Assembly (NCBI RefSeq): GCF_009914755.1
Contig: NC_060926.1
Length of the DNA: 64,000 nucleotides
Source of the DNA: the human T2T-CHM13v2.0 reference genome, Homo sapiens
Reading direction: 5' to 3' (one strand)
A program made the position numbers and the translations under genes. Below are positions 15,373 to 28,042 of the stretch, piece by piece. The notes under the pieces were generated by a model. It did no database searches. It was not told the DNA's origin and was given only the letters and a program-made list of their open reading frames with translations. Numbering within the stretch: the stretch's first letter is position 1; each line of letters begins with the position of its first letter.

Positions 15373-16004
15373 TGCACCCTTCAAGGCCCAACTCCTGGGG
15401 CACCTCCTCTATGAAGTCCTCCCGAGCTTCACCGGTCAGGCCAACTCCCTCAGCCTCCTGTCTCCGGCCGCAAAGTCTTTAGGCTCAGCCCTGCCCAGTG
15501 CCTGCTCAAGGGTGTTCATCTCCGCAGAGGTGGTGAATGTAATCTCTCATGCTGAAAAAGTGTGGGACGGGGCTGCCTGGTGGCAGAGGTTACTGTCAGA
15601 GATTGACAGGGCCTGGAAACCCTCATGCCTCCTCCTCCTGGGTTGGAAATCCTGGAGCAGACTTTCAAGGCAACTTTCAAGGCCAAATACAGACGCCAAG
15701 GTCAAATGCAAACAAGCACAAGCGCCGCTGAGCGTTAGGGCTTGCAGGACGTCAGGGAAGGAGCCCAGACTCTGGTTTTGGGGCTGGGAGAGATTTCCAA
15801 GCCCTCTTCTTTCACACTGGACAAAGGACGTTGTCACTCTGAGCTGTGGCCATCTCCCTGCCTCGAGGATAAAGTGGGTGAAGCCTGAGGGCTGCTCAAG
15901 GGTTTTAATGACCTACATGAAATGGTGGCTTGATGGGGCCCATTGCGCTAAAGAGATTCTTATAAATTAGACACGGGGGCAGCTAGAAGCTTCGGGCTCC
16001 TCCG

Positions 16005-16170
16005 TGTCCAGTGGCCTTGGGCAGTCTCCCAGCTCCATGAAGCCTCAGTCTTTGCATCTGTGTAAAGGGGACACTCACTTCTGTCCCGCTTCATCCATAG
16101 AGTGATAGACACGTAAGCTAATGTGTGAGAGAACGCCCTGACAATGGGGAAGTTCCTACAAGTATGAAGC
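16005..16170. mobile_element. MIR fragment
   Basis: MIR core-like gtggccttgggcagtc...agcctcagtctttgcatctgtgtaaagggga. Confidence 0.6.
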
Positions 16171-17888
16171 TTTGCTTGCAGATCTCAGAGAAAAGAACAA
16201 CGGGTGGTTGTGGAGTCCTAAATTCCCTATTTCCATGTGTTTGCTCACTTAGAGGACAGTGAGGATGGCTTTGATTCCCCAACGTGAACCACAGTCATCG
16301 TTTCTTTACCCAGTGTGGTCAGCCCTGAGACTTGGGCTGAGGCTCCAATGCCATCCTGGGGGCTGGGCCTGCTGGAGCTCCTGGAACCCCGGAGGGAGTA
16401 GCCCTGTGCCCTGGGGGCCCCTCTGTCTCTGCAGTCTGACATTGTACAACCCCCAGCTCTCAGCCATGCTGACATTTGACCCTCAGTTCCTTCTCAAAAT
16501 ATCCATGACAGTTCCCTGGATGAAAATGCAGTGGCATTCAATGAAAATTTATGTGACAGGCCCCAGAGGAAAGAGTCAGGGCCCTGATGGGTTTGTTTAA
16601 GCCCCACCCACCACCTCTGCTGACCCCAGCCCTAATGACAGGGTGAGCTCCCAGCTCCATCAGGAGTCGCAGTGGGAGGCTCAGCATGAGGCTCCGGTTA
16701 CCAGCCGCCCGAAGCCTGCCAGGAGGAGCAAGCAGGGGTGGACACCAGTCCCCAGACCTCAGGCCACTCGGGGTCCGCTAGGGAGCTGCCTCCTGCACCC
16801 CTCCCTGCACCCCTGCACCATTCTGACGCTGGCTGCGGTCTGGCTTTTCCTTCCCAGACCTTCCCCTGATCAAAGCGAGTCCTTCTCAGGTGCCCGACCT
16901 GCCCAGGTGGCCCTGCCCCCGAGGCCCAAGATCTGCCCAGTGGAAGGAGAAGAGAAAGGAGCTTCCTTGCCTGGGGTGTTGAGGACCCTGATGGGGGAGC
17001 CCCTCATCTTATCACCCATTATTTTGCAGGACTGAAAAGCTGCCTCCCAGCAATCCCATGCAGATGTGATCACCTAAGCAACATGGTGACCTGCAGAAGA
17101 AGAGAAAGAGAGGGAGAGAGGAAAGGAGCGTGATGTGCAATATCGGGATCTGTCCTCCACATCTGTGACCTGCCCAGACGGCCCAATGGGACACTTGACC
17201 TTGCCTCATGGTGCTGTGGTCCAATGTATGACTCCAGCGCAAGATGAGCCTGAGGAAGGGTGGCACTTAGCTGGGTAGGATTTGTGCCTACGTGTGCCAC
17301 ATTTCTTGGATAAAAATTAAAATGGTTAATAACCTCCTAGAATAATGTGGAAAATCGGAAAGGATTCTGCAGGACGCAAGCGGCCAGAGGAGGCACACAC
17401 AGCATCAAGCCCCAGATGGGGGCCCTACCTCGCTCCTCTTCCTCCCTCTTTCTCTTCCCTTTGGTTTTGTGGACTCCATGGGGCTTCTCCACCCCTTCCT
17501 CTGCCTCCATGCCATGTGAGAGGAGGGAGAAGGCTCATCCCCCCAGCATCGTTCAACAGTACCCAGCCCCAGTCACGCCAGGACCCAGAATTGATCAGAT
17601 GCCAACAGAAGGCACTGAGGGTGCCTCAGGTAGAGGGCTTCTGGCATCTGGAGCGTGGCATGGGGAGAGTAGGAATTTGTGGGTGTCAGGTGGGAGGTTG
17701 TGGGTTCCCCCAAAGGGCTGGCTGGGAGGAGGTGGTAGAGCAGGTTTCAGACCTTGTGGGTGGACACCTAGGCAGGATTTTCCTGCCCCTGCAACCCAAG
17801 GGCTTTCAGGCTGAGGTTCAGATGGGCTCTTTCCCCAAGAGCACTGTGCTGGGTTGGGTCCCCGAGTCTCTGCATCAGTTCCTCACAG

Positions 17889-17990
17889 AGTTTCCAGTTC
17901 TCTGGAATCTCTGGAACCCCGGCCCCTGGAGTTCCCAGTTCTCTGGAATCTCTGCAACCCCGGCCCCTGGAGTTCCCAGTTCCCTGGAAT
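17889..17990. repeat. 41-bp tandem repeat, 2.5 copies
   Basis: Unit agttcccagttctctggaatctctgcaaccccggcccctgg at 17889 and 17930, partial at 17971. Confidence 0.93.
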
Positions 17991-18213
17991 TCCTGCCCCT
18001 ACATCTCCGCTTAGCCAGTCCTTAGCCATCCTTCAAGGCTGGACACACAACCCTCACATGTACCAGGCAGACCCCAGCCCCATGCATGCCCACTGTAGAC
18101 CATCGGTGGAGGCTCTCCCTCCTCCTCTCTCTCAATCACCTGCCTGAGGAGGCCGAAGGCCAGGTGTGACCAGCCAGGCTGACCTAAGGCCCCTGTGGCT
18201 GTGCTGGGCTCTC

Positions 18214-18232
18214 CTCTGCCACCTAGTGGCCA
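18214..18232 (-). promoter_or_regulatory. Candidate CTCF binding site
   Basis: Minus strand reads TGGCCACTAGGTGGCAGAG, a close match to the CTCF core consensus. Motif only, no binding data. Confidence 0.6.
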
Positions 18233-20454
18233 ACCCCTGAAACTGCTGCAGGCTTTGCCTCTGACTCAGGGGCTGACCACGTGGCCCCTTCCAGGTCACT
18301 GGATGCTCTTGGGGGCTCTTCTCCTCACCCTCCACATGGGCAGCATTGCTGACCTCAGTAGCTGCCCACAGAGGCTGTGCTGCTCTTCTGCGGCCGGGGT
18401 TGAGCCCTGGGTTCAGATGGGGGATGAGGGCTCTCTGTCCTTGACGTCAAGCTGTCTGATCTGTTTGCTCTTGCCACCCTCTGCTTGGTCTCTGGGGTGC
18501 CACCTTCTACCCAGCCCTCACTGAGTGTGAGGGCAGCCCGCTGAACAAATTGGAGGCACGTTCCTGGGGCCGGGCTGGAGTCTTGGGTGCCTCAGCCTCA
18601 CACACATCCCAGAGTCAGGCCCCCCACCCCCGCTAGTTATCCACAAGGGCCCACAGGACACTTGTGCCTCTTGGAACCCCATCCTCCCAGGAATACCCCA
18701 GAAAGGCAGAGAGTGACCTTCATTTCATCTTTATTCAAAAATCTTAGTCTCAATCAGCAACCCAAGATGGCATCCCCCTCCGTTGTAGAAGGTCCTCCGA
18801 GTCCTCATGGGAACAGAATTCCTGATGCCTCCAAGTCCTTGAGGGCCTGTGGTCCTTGCTGCACAGCAACACGCTTCTCACCTGACTAAGGACTGGGTTG
18901 GGGGCTCACTGCTCATTCCTGGAGGGGCCACAGAGCCTGGTGCAGCACTTGGTGTATGGGGGCAGATGGATGTGCAGCCAACCATGGCCAGCCATGCCCA
19001 CTGCAGGGCTGCTTATGCCAGCCTCTGCCTCCCTTGTAGGACAGTGAACTCCAGCTCCAGCAGCCTCCCCCAGGACAGCTGCTGTCTCTGGCCACTTACC
19101 AGGGCTGGGCTCCATGGAGGTCATGGCAGATGCAGATCTTCCCACAGCTGGGAGGCTGCCAAGGCCAGAGGCAGGTGGAAAGAAGCCCATCACCTGGGCA
19201 GAGGCCCCCAGGGCAGATCCTGGTACTCACCCATAGCCCCCTGCCTCCTGTTACCACAGGCTAGACAGGGATGCTCAAAGCCCCCAGAATCTGCTTCCTC
19301 GCTGGAACCGAGCCTTGTGTGAGGCCGCTAGCGGACTCTTAATGTCCAGCAACCCCCATGTCTCTGAGCCCGGAGTCAAGTCAAGGAGCATGCAAGCCCC
19401 AGCCTGAGAAGCTTCTAGGCACCCTCAGGCCCCCATCAGACAGGGGGAGATGTCAGGGTCAGGAGGAGTCCAGAGGTTGCCCAGCAATGGCCACCTGAGC
19501 AGGGACTGAAGTCCCTGTGACTTGCATGACTAGACTGCCTGTCCAGAGAAGGTTCCCCTCACCCCAGCCTTGCCCCCAGATGCTATGACGCGCCGGGATT
19601 CTGCCCATCCCCACACCTCTGGTGTGTGCACCAGCTGCTGCAGAAGCAGACCAAAGGGGAGCAAACACGTGTTGTGCTGGTGTCACACAAGGCTCCCTGT
19701 GCCCTTCCACAGATGGACGGGGTGGGGATGTCAAGAACACACAGCCAGTCAGGCAGCCCCAGATCCTGTGCCCGTGCCTCACTGCTCAACTCTGTGGCCC
19801 CCACAGTGAGGGTGTGAGGCATGCCACCTACATGGGGCCTCATGCAATGTGTCTCTGTAGGGATGTCCCAATGCACCAGCTGCAGAATGATGAGCACTGG
19901 AAGACTGCCCCTCCCAGGCCCCCTCCCTGAGACCCGGATCTGCCTGCTCTCACCAGGAAGACGTCCTTTCCGTGTTCGATGGGTTGGACTGAGGAGGGGT
20001 GGTCAGGACATATCCCTCGGCTGTACACACCTGAAAACACACCCCTTCCAGCATCCAGCTCTGCAAAAGTGAACCTTAGGACTTCCTCCACCCCACTAAC
20101 AGCACTTTGGAGAGAACTATGTCCACCACTTGGCAGGTTTCAACTATTTGAGAGTAGCATCTCGATCCACTTCTTCCAGAAACTGTCTGTCTGGGTATCC
20201 TGAGCAGCACAGCCTACTGAGCTTCATCAAACTTCACATTTCTTAGATTAATTAATTTTAGAAAAATAGAGAACTTAAGCTCCGATACACCTAGGACACC
20301 CTGCTTTGAATATGTATGAGCATATAACAGATTAGCATACAGAGGCTCTGACAAGGCCTGCAGCAAATGTATCTGACTTTATTTCATCTAGTTGTTGCCA
20401 ACCATTTTCATGTATTGCCTGTTAGCATCCTACCAAATAGAGACTCATGGGGCT

Positions 20455-20569
20455 GAAGTGACCAGCTCATCCCAGGAATTTCATGGGACTTTCCTGGTTT
20501 TAGCAGTGGAAGTTCCACACCCCTGGAAACCCCTCAGTCCCAGGCAAACCAGGACAGTTGGTCATCCTA
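20455..20569. mobile_element. MER81-like hAT-Blackjack MITE
   Basis: gtgaccagctcatccc...aaacccctcagtcccaggcaaaccaggacagttggtcatcct with imperfect terminal inverted repeats. Confidence 0.8.
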
Positions 20570-21628
20570 CAAAAAACCCACTTTGGGAAAGCTGCTCTGA
20601 TGAATTATTTCCAAAGCACATTCCACTTAATTTTCCCTTCCCTTCTTCAGATGCTTAAGAGAAAGAAAATATTTTTTTTTTAAAAAATAAAAAAAGCAGG
20701 ATAAGAGCCGCAGGATGATGGAGTGAAGCTAAAAGCCCCAGGTCCAGGGGGAGGGAGTGGCAGGGAGGAGCAGTGGAAGGGGTGGCCCAGTCATTATCAT
20801 CAGGAAGGTGGTACCCCCCCGGGGGGGAGATGGGGCATCCATCAAGAGCCTTTGTGACCCTGTCCAGACACTGAAAGATTCCTGGATCCCAAAAATGCCA
20901 AGATAATTCATGAGGCTTATATTTCATTCGAGACTTCACAATTATTTATTGGAAAAACATCTTCTCTAGGAGGAGGGGAAGGGTAGAGAGCCTTTCTCCT
21001 CCTCCTCCTCCTCATCCTCCTCCTCCCTGTCTCCAGGCAGCTCGGCAAAAAGCTGCATTCCATCCCCATCCCGGTCCCTGGAGTCCATCCTGCTGACAAG
21101 GCAGAGCTCTGTCCCCAGGTCATACCACAGAGGAAACCCCTGGGCTATTACAGCCTCTGCCACAGGATGCCTCTGACCAGTGCCAAGTCCAGCACATAGG
21201 GGATACAGGGAAGTATTTCTTTCTTTTAGACATGTTGACCTATTTTTTTTTAACTTTCAATTTAGTGCGCTCATAGCATAACAATAAGGTGGGGGAAAAT
21301 CTAATTTAAAAACCCACAGTTCTCTCCACCCTAACAAATTGTGTTCACTTTTCTCTCTTCCTTTCTGGCTATCGTACATGCATATATATAATTGTTCCAG
21401 AGGCATAACCATGGTGCAAATAGAAGTTTGCATTTTGCTTTTTTCAACAAACACATCCTAAAAAAATTCTCCTTATTACTGTTTGGTCTTCATAATTATT
21501 TCAGACAATGGGTGCAACCATTCCAGCGAGAAAATGCAGAGTATTTACCTACCCTTTACCCTGTTTGGATTTTGAAGTTAATTCTAATTTTTCATCATAT
21601 GGCCAATGTTGTAATGGGCATCTATGTA

Positions 21629-21707
21629 TTGGGTTGTTGCACAAGTAATTACAGTTGTTGCCATTTCTTTCATGGCAAAAACCGCCATAACTTTTGGACC
21701 AACCTAA
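21629..21707. mobile_element. MADE1 (Hsmar1-derived mariner MITE)
   Basis: 79-bp imperfect palindrome TTGGGTTGTTGCACAAGTAATT...TAACTTTTGGACCAACCTAA with TA on both sides. Confidence 0.92.
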
Positions 21708-21949
21708 TACATAAATCTTTTCTTCTGTCTGGATTAGTTATTTACATGTATATTAAATAATGAAATTTGGATCAGCTTCCCTGTGATGACTCAGACCCAT
21801 TACGAGAATGACTGCAAACGTTCCAAAGACAGAAAGTCACAGTTGATTATTGCGGCTGGGTACAAAGGACACAGTGCTGATTTTGCTTTTTTATTCTTTT
21901 TTATAAATACAGATGAGTACATAAACCATATATAAAATGAAGAATCATT

Positions 21950-24900
21950 GCTGGGTAATGTCAGTGGAAATGCAGAGGAAGTGCCTTTGAAAATCATTTT
22001 TATATAAGCAGTGCAAACACTGGCCAAAAAAAAAAAAAAAGTCAAAATAAACTTTTCCAGGACTCTGGAAATTAACCAAAGGCTTGCAACAATTCAGGGA
22101 GCATTTATTCAGGAAAAGCGGCTGAATCGCCATAAGAACAGTGAGATTCGTGGCACCATAACTTGCCCTAGCCCAACCCCTCTCTCCAGCTCTGCAGTAA
22201 CCCCAGAAGTCAATGGGCCTGCAGTCACAGTGAAAACCAGCAGCCTGGCAGACAAGCTAGGGGGCGGAATTCAGCTGGAGCTCCTCCAAAGCCCCATTCC
22301 CAGAGAACTGCCATTACTCATCCTATTCATTCCAGCTCTCTGGCAATTGTTTATTATGATAGCAGCTTGAGGTGATGAAACAATAGAGGTAAACAAGATG
22401 ATGGAAAAAACCTAAAAGGAAAAGCTTGGGAAAGAAATATCCAGAAGGAGGCTTTGAGAAACTCCAACACATTTGTGGGACTCCAGAAGGCCACATGCAT
22501 GCCCAGGAAAGACCTGATGGGGCCTGAGGCATCGCACGGGCTCAACTCCAGGTGCTGTGAAAGCAGGAAGTAAAGGATTGTGCCCAGTTGGAACCTGCTT
22601 GCCTGAGAGTTGAAGCATTGCCCCCTCACAGAGGCAGGGCCCCTCAGCAAAGGCTGTGAAACTTACTGGTTCTAGGTAGTCAAGGAAATTATCCAGTCAT
22701 GATAGGCCAGCTATCCCGAGTACGAACCTCAGTGGCCACACAGGACAAAGAACACAGAAATAGCTCGGGAAGCCACTAAACAAGCAAATAGCAGCAACAA
22801 CAACAAACCCTGAGGAGAAGGAGAATCTGATTTCCAGAGCTGGCATATTATACTATTTTACATGTTCAGTTTTCAACAAAAAATTAGGAGGCAAGCAAAG
22901 AAACATGCAAGTATGGTCTGTCAGGGGAATTAGAGCAAAAGCACGGGTGTTGGACTTACTAGATAAGGAATTTAAGTCAGCTACTTTAAATATCTTTAAA
23001 GAAATAAGGAAACTATGTCTAAAGAACTGAAGGAAAAAATGAGAACTGTGTCTCATGAAATAGAGATTAATAAGGAGATAGAAATCGGTTTTTCTTTAAA
23101 AAACACATAGAAATTCTAGAGTGGAAAAGTATAGTAACTGAAATAAAAACTTCACTAGAGGCAGTCAATGGCACATTTGAGCTGGCAGTATAAAGAATAA
23201 ACAAGCTTGAAAATAGGTCCACGGAGTTTTTTCAATCTGAGGAAACAAAAATAAAAAGAATGAGGAAAAATAAACAAAGCCTCAGAGATCTGTGGGCCTA
23301 CAAGCAAATACATAGTGGGACTCCCTGAAAGGGAGGAGAAAGAAAAGGAGGCAGAAATAACATTTAAAAAACAATGACCAAAACTTCCACGCGTGATGAA
23401 AAATCTTAGTCTACACATCTAAGAAGCTTAATAAATTCCAAGTAGAATAAATGGAAAGAGATCCATACCTAGACACCTCATAATCAATTGCCCAAAGCCA
23501 AAGACCAAGAGGAATCTTGAAAGCATGAAGAATCAACTCATCACATACATATATCCTCAGTAAGATTAACCGCGAATTTCTCACCAGAAGCTATAGATGC
23601 CAGAAGGCAGTAGGAAAACATACCTGACATGCTGTCAAGACTGTCAATCACGAATTTAATATTTAACAAAACTATCACTCAAAGAGAAAGAGAAATTGAG
23701 ACATTTCCAGATTAAAAGAAAAACCTGAGAGAGTTTGTCACTAGCAGTCCTGTACTACAAGAAGCATGCACCTACTATGTACCCACAAAAATTTAAAATT
23801 AAAAAAATTTAATCAAAAAAGGAAACACTGAAGGAATATTTCAGGCTAAAATGACAAGAAATACACAGTAACTTGAGTCCATGTGGAAAAATACAGAGCA
23901 CCTGTAAAGGTAAGTATATAGGTAAATATAAAAGATGGTATACAAGTATCATTGTTTGAAACTCATTTTTCTCTATCTGATTTTAAAAAACAACTTGTGT
24001 TGATGGTTTTTCACTGCATAAATATGTAATTTGTATAACAATAATAGCAGAAAGGAAGGAGAAAGTAATGGTAGTACATAAGGGTGAAGTTTTTATATAC
24101 TATTAAAATTAAGTTTATAGTCATCTGACCTAGACATTACATTAGGATGTAATTGTAATTTCCGGGGCCACCACTAACAAAATATCTCAAAAATATATAG
24201 TAAAAGAAATGACAAGGGAATTAAAATAGTACACTAGAAAATATCTTCTCAACACCAAAAAGTCAAAAATAGAGAAGCAAAAAAGACATAAGAGATACAG
24301 AAAAAGTGCCAAGATAATTCAATGGGAAAGGAATAGTTGTTTCAATGAATAGTGCTGAGACAATTGGATAGCCACATATGAAAAATGAAGTTTTACCCCT
24401 ATCTCATACCGTATACAAAAATTAACTAAAAAGAGTAACCTAAATGTAAGAGCTAAAACTATAAAATATTTAGAGAAAATAAGTGTAAATCTTCATGAGT
24501 TTGAGTTGGGCAATGGTTTCTGGGAAATGACACCAAAAGTATAAGCAACCAAAAAAAATAGACAAATTGGGCTTCATCAAAATTAAGAACTTAGATAAAT
24601 TAAAGCACATTATCAAGAAAGTAAAAAGGCAAGCCACATAATGGGAGAAAATATTAGCAAGTCATAAATTTGATAAAGGACTAGTATCTAGAATACATAA
24701 GGAATACTTATAACTCAACAATAGAATGAAAAATAATCCAATTTTAAAATGGGCAAAGGATTTGAATAGATATTTCTCCAAAGAAGATACACAAATGGCC
24801 AGTACACACATAAAAAGATGTTCCCATAAGCCATTGGGAAACCTCATCTACTAAGATGGCCATGTCAAAAAGATGGACAATAGCAAGTGTTGACAGGGAT

Positions 24901-25495
24901 ATAAAACAAGTGGAACCTTTTTACATTGCTGGTGGGAATGCAAAATGGTGCAGGCACTTTAGAAAGCAGTTTTGAAGTTCTTCAAAAAGTTAAACATATA
25001 TCACCATATGATCCATTCTACTCAGATACATATCTATGAGAAACGAAAATATATGTACATGCAAAAACTTTGTACGTATATATTCATAGCAACCTTATTC
25101 ATAATAGCTAAAGAACCCAAATGTCCATCAGTTGATGAAGAGATAAACAAATTGTGATATATCCATGCAATGGAATATTATTCAATCATGAAAGGATGAA
25201 GTGCTAATATATGCTTCAATATGCATGAACCTTGAAAACATACTAAATGAAATAAGCCAGACATAAAAGGCCACATATTATATGATTCCATTTGTGTAAA
25301 ATATCCAGAATGGGAAAATTCATGGAGACAAAAATTAGATTAGTGGTTGCCAGGGCCTGGGGGGAAGGGGAGATGAATGGGAGGTATAAGATTTTGTGAT
25401 AAAGTTGTTCTGGAATTAGATACTGGTAATGGTTATACAGCATTGTGAATATACTCTAAATCACAGAATTGTACACTTTAATGGGTAAAAACATT
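21950..25495 (+). mobile_element. Old L1 (L1M/L1MB-type) composite: 5' UTR and ORF1 remnants joined at ~24305 to the ORF2 3' end and 3' UTR
   Basis: A-rich + strand. ORF1-like atccatacctagacacctcataatc. 3' ORF2-like tttgaatagatatttctccaaagaagatacacaaatggcc. L1MB-like tail gattagtggttgccagggcctgg...gaattgtacacttta. Confidence 0.8.
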
Positions 25496-26432
25496 ATATA
25501 CAGTACGATGTCACTTTGGTAGAAAATTCACTTACATATTATATATATTTAGAAAAAGATCTGGGAGGATATAAACTATTAACAGTGGTAATTTTTAGGT
25601 GATGTGAATATAATGTTGCTATCATTTTTGTGTTCTGATTTTCTAAAATGGAAATACACTGCTTTTGTTAAAAAACGATTATTTCTAGTTTAAACAAAAC
25701 AACATATGATTCACTGTAAAGCCAATTCCTATGTAGCTTTTTAGCTATTTTTTAATAGCACGTCAGCCTCTGGAAGAGTTTCCTAGTTAGAACCTCCTCT
25801 TACCTACCCACCCCTAAGGGTGGCCACTGTTCAATTTTTATAATGATCACTCCTTGCTTTTCTTCTCTCAAATGCACCCTTGCATTGATTGTATTTATCC
25901 CCAAACATATACAGGCTAACCTAGTTTTGAACTTTTTTGAACTTCATGTTAGTGGAATTGCACCATAGATAGTTCTTGGATCTTGAGTCTTCAGCTTGTC
26001 ATACACGTCAGTTCACCCTATATTGTTGCATGTGGGGATAGTTTTTTAAGTTTCGATTTTGACTAGCATCCCATTGAATAAATATACCACAATCTATCTA
26101 TGGTACATTGAAGGACACTCGGGATGATTGCAAAGAGTGCTGCTGTGACGATTATGAAACGTTGCCCTAGTACCCATGGGCACAAGTCTCCCTAGGGCAT
26201 ATGGAGAGTGAAATTCCATTCATAGGAATGCATATCCTCAAATGTACTGGAAAATGCCACTGTTTTCCAAAGGGGTTGAAACAGTTCATACTCCTACAGT
26301 GGTATGTGAGTTCCTATTGGGCCACACCCTCAGCAACATTCTGCATTGTCATGGTTTTTTTATTTATCGGTCTGGTGGGTGTGTGATGGTATCTCACTAT
26401 GGTTTGATTTGCATTCCTCTGATCATTGATGA

Positions 26433-26894
<462 letters not shown>

Positions 26895-27187
26895 TAGAAG
26901 ATATGCGGGTGGCATATATCATCTCTCACTTTGTGGCTTGTCTTTCCCTCCACAATGATATCTTTCAGTGAGCTAGAGGGGGCTACATTTATTGTACACC
27001 AGTACAACGATCTTTTCCTTAATGGTTAATTCTTTCTGTGTCTCGTTTATGAAATTCCTTTCTACTCCATGGTTATGAAGATAAATTCCTACAATATCTT
27101 ATGAAAGCTTTATCGTTTAACTTTTGTTTTCAGTTTTTGTTTTGACCTGCCTGAAATTGAATTTCGTGTGTGATGTGAGGTAGCGGT

Positions 27188-27767
27188 CTGCTCAGTTATC
27201 AGAGCTGTGTAACAAATTAGTCCAAAACTTTGCTGTATAAAACAATCACAGAGTTTACTCACAGATTTTTGTGGGTGAGGAATTCAGAAAGGGCCAAAAA
27301 AGTGAAGTTTTTGTTTGTTTATTGTTTGAAGTCCACAATGACTGGGTTCTGAGAAACTTTTGAAGGCCGAGAGCCAGAACCAGCTCATGCACTCACATAT
27401 CTGTCATTTGATGCTGCAGTCAGCTAAGGCACTGTTTCTCTGCACGTGGGGTGGTGGTTTCTCCATATGGTCTGGTTTTGGCTTCCTCTCAGCGTAGTGG
27501 CTGGGTTTCAAGGACAAGCATTAAGAGAGGCGGGAAAGAGAGAGAGAGAAAGCCAGGTGGAAGCTTTATTGCCCTTTTTGACTTAGCCTCAACAGTCACT
27601 TCTGCGCATGCTGTTGGTCAAGGTATTTGTAAAAGTCTGCCCTGGTGCAAGGAGAGAGAACACAGACCCAGGTCTCGATGGAGAAGTGTCAATGTCACCT
27701 TGAAAGGACAGCCTGTGGGATGGGATGTATACAGGTGCAGTCATCTTTGAAAAATGTAATCCACCAT
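27188..27767 (-). mobile_element. MaLR LTR (MLT1F/G/H-like)
   Basis: Antisense MLT1-type ends: agctgtgtaacaaattagtccaaaact ... gcagtcatctttgaaaaatgtaatccacca. Confidence 0.65.
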
Positions 27768-28042
27768 GGCATCCAATTTCATTTTTCCACATGGATATAC
27801 AATTTACCCAGGATCACTTATGGAAATGTTCGTCCTTTTCTCACTGGCCTGAAATGCCACTGCTTACACATATCGAGGTCCTGGATATGGGAGCTTCTGT
27901 TTCAAGATGTTGTTTTCTGTTCCATTGTTCTATGAGTCCATCCTTAGGCCAGTGTGACACTTTCTCAGGTATTACAGCATTATAACAAGTATAGATGTCT
28001 CACAGGTCAAGTACATATTGTGATATTGTGCAATTATTTCTC

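Noticed and set aside
18730-20950. Other minus-strand AATAAA hexamers (18730-18735, 20945-20950) as transcript ends
   Set aside because: Isolated hexamers without supporting exon or UTR context; expected by chance.
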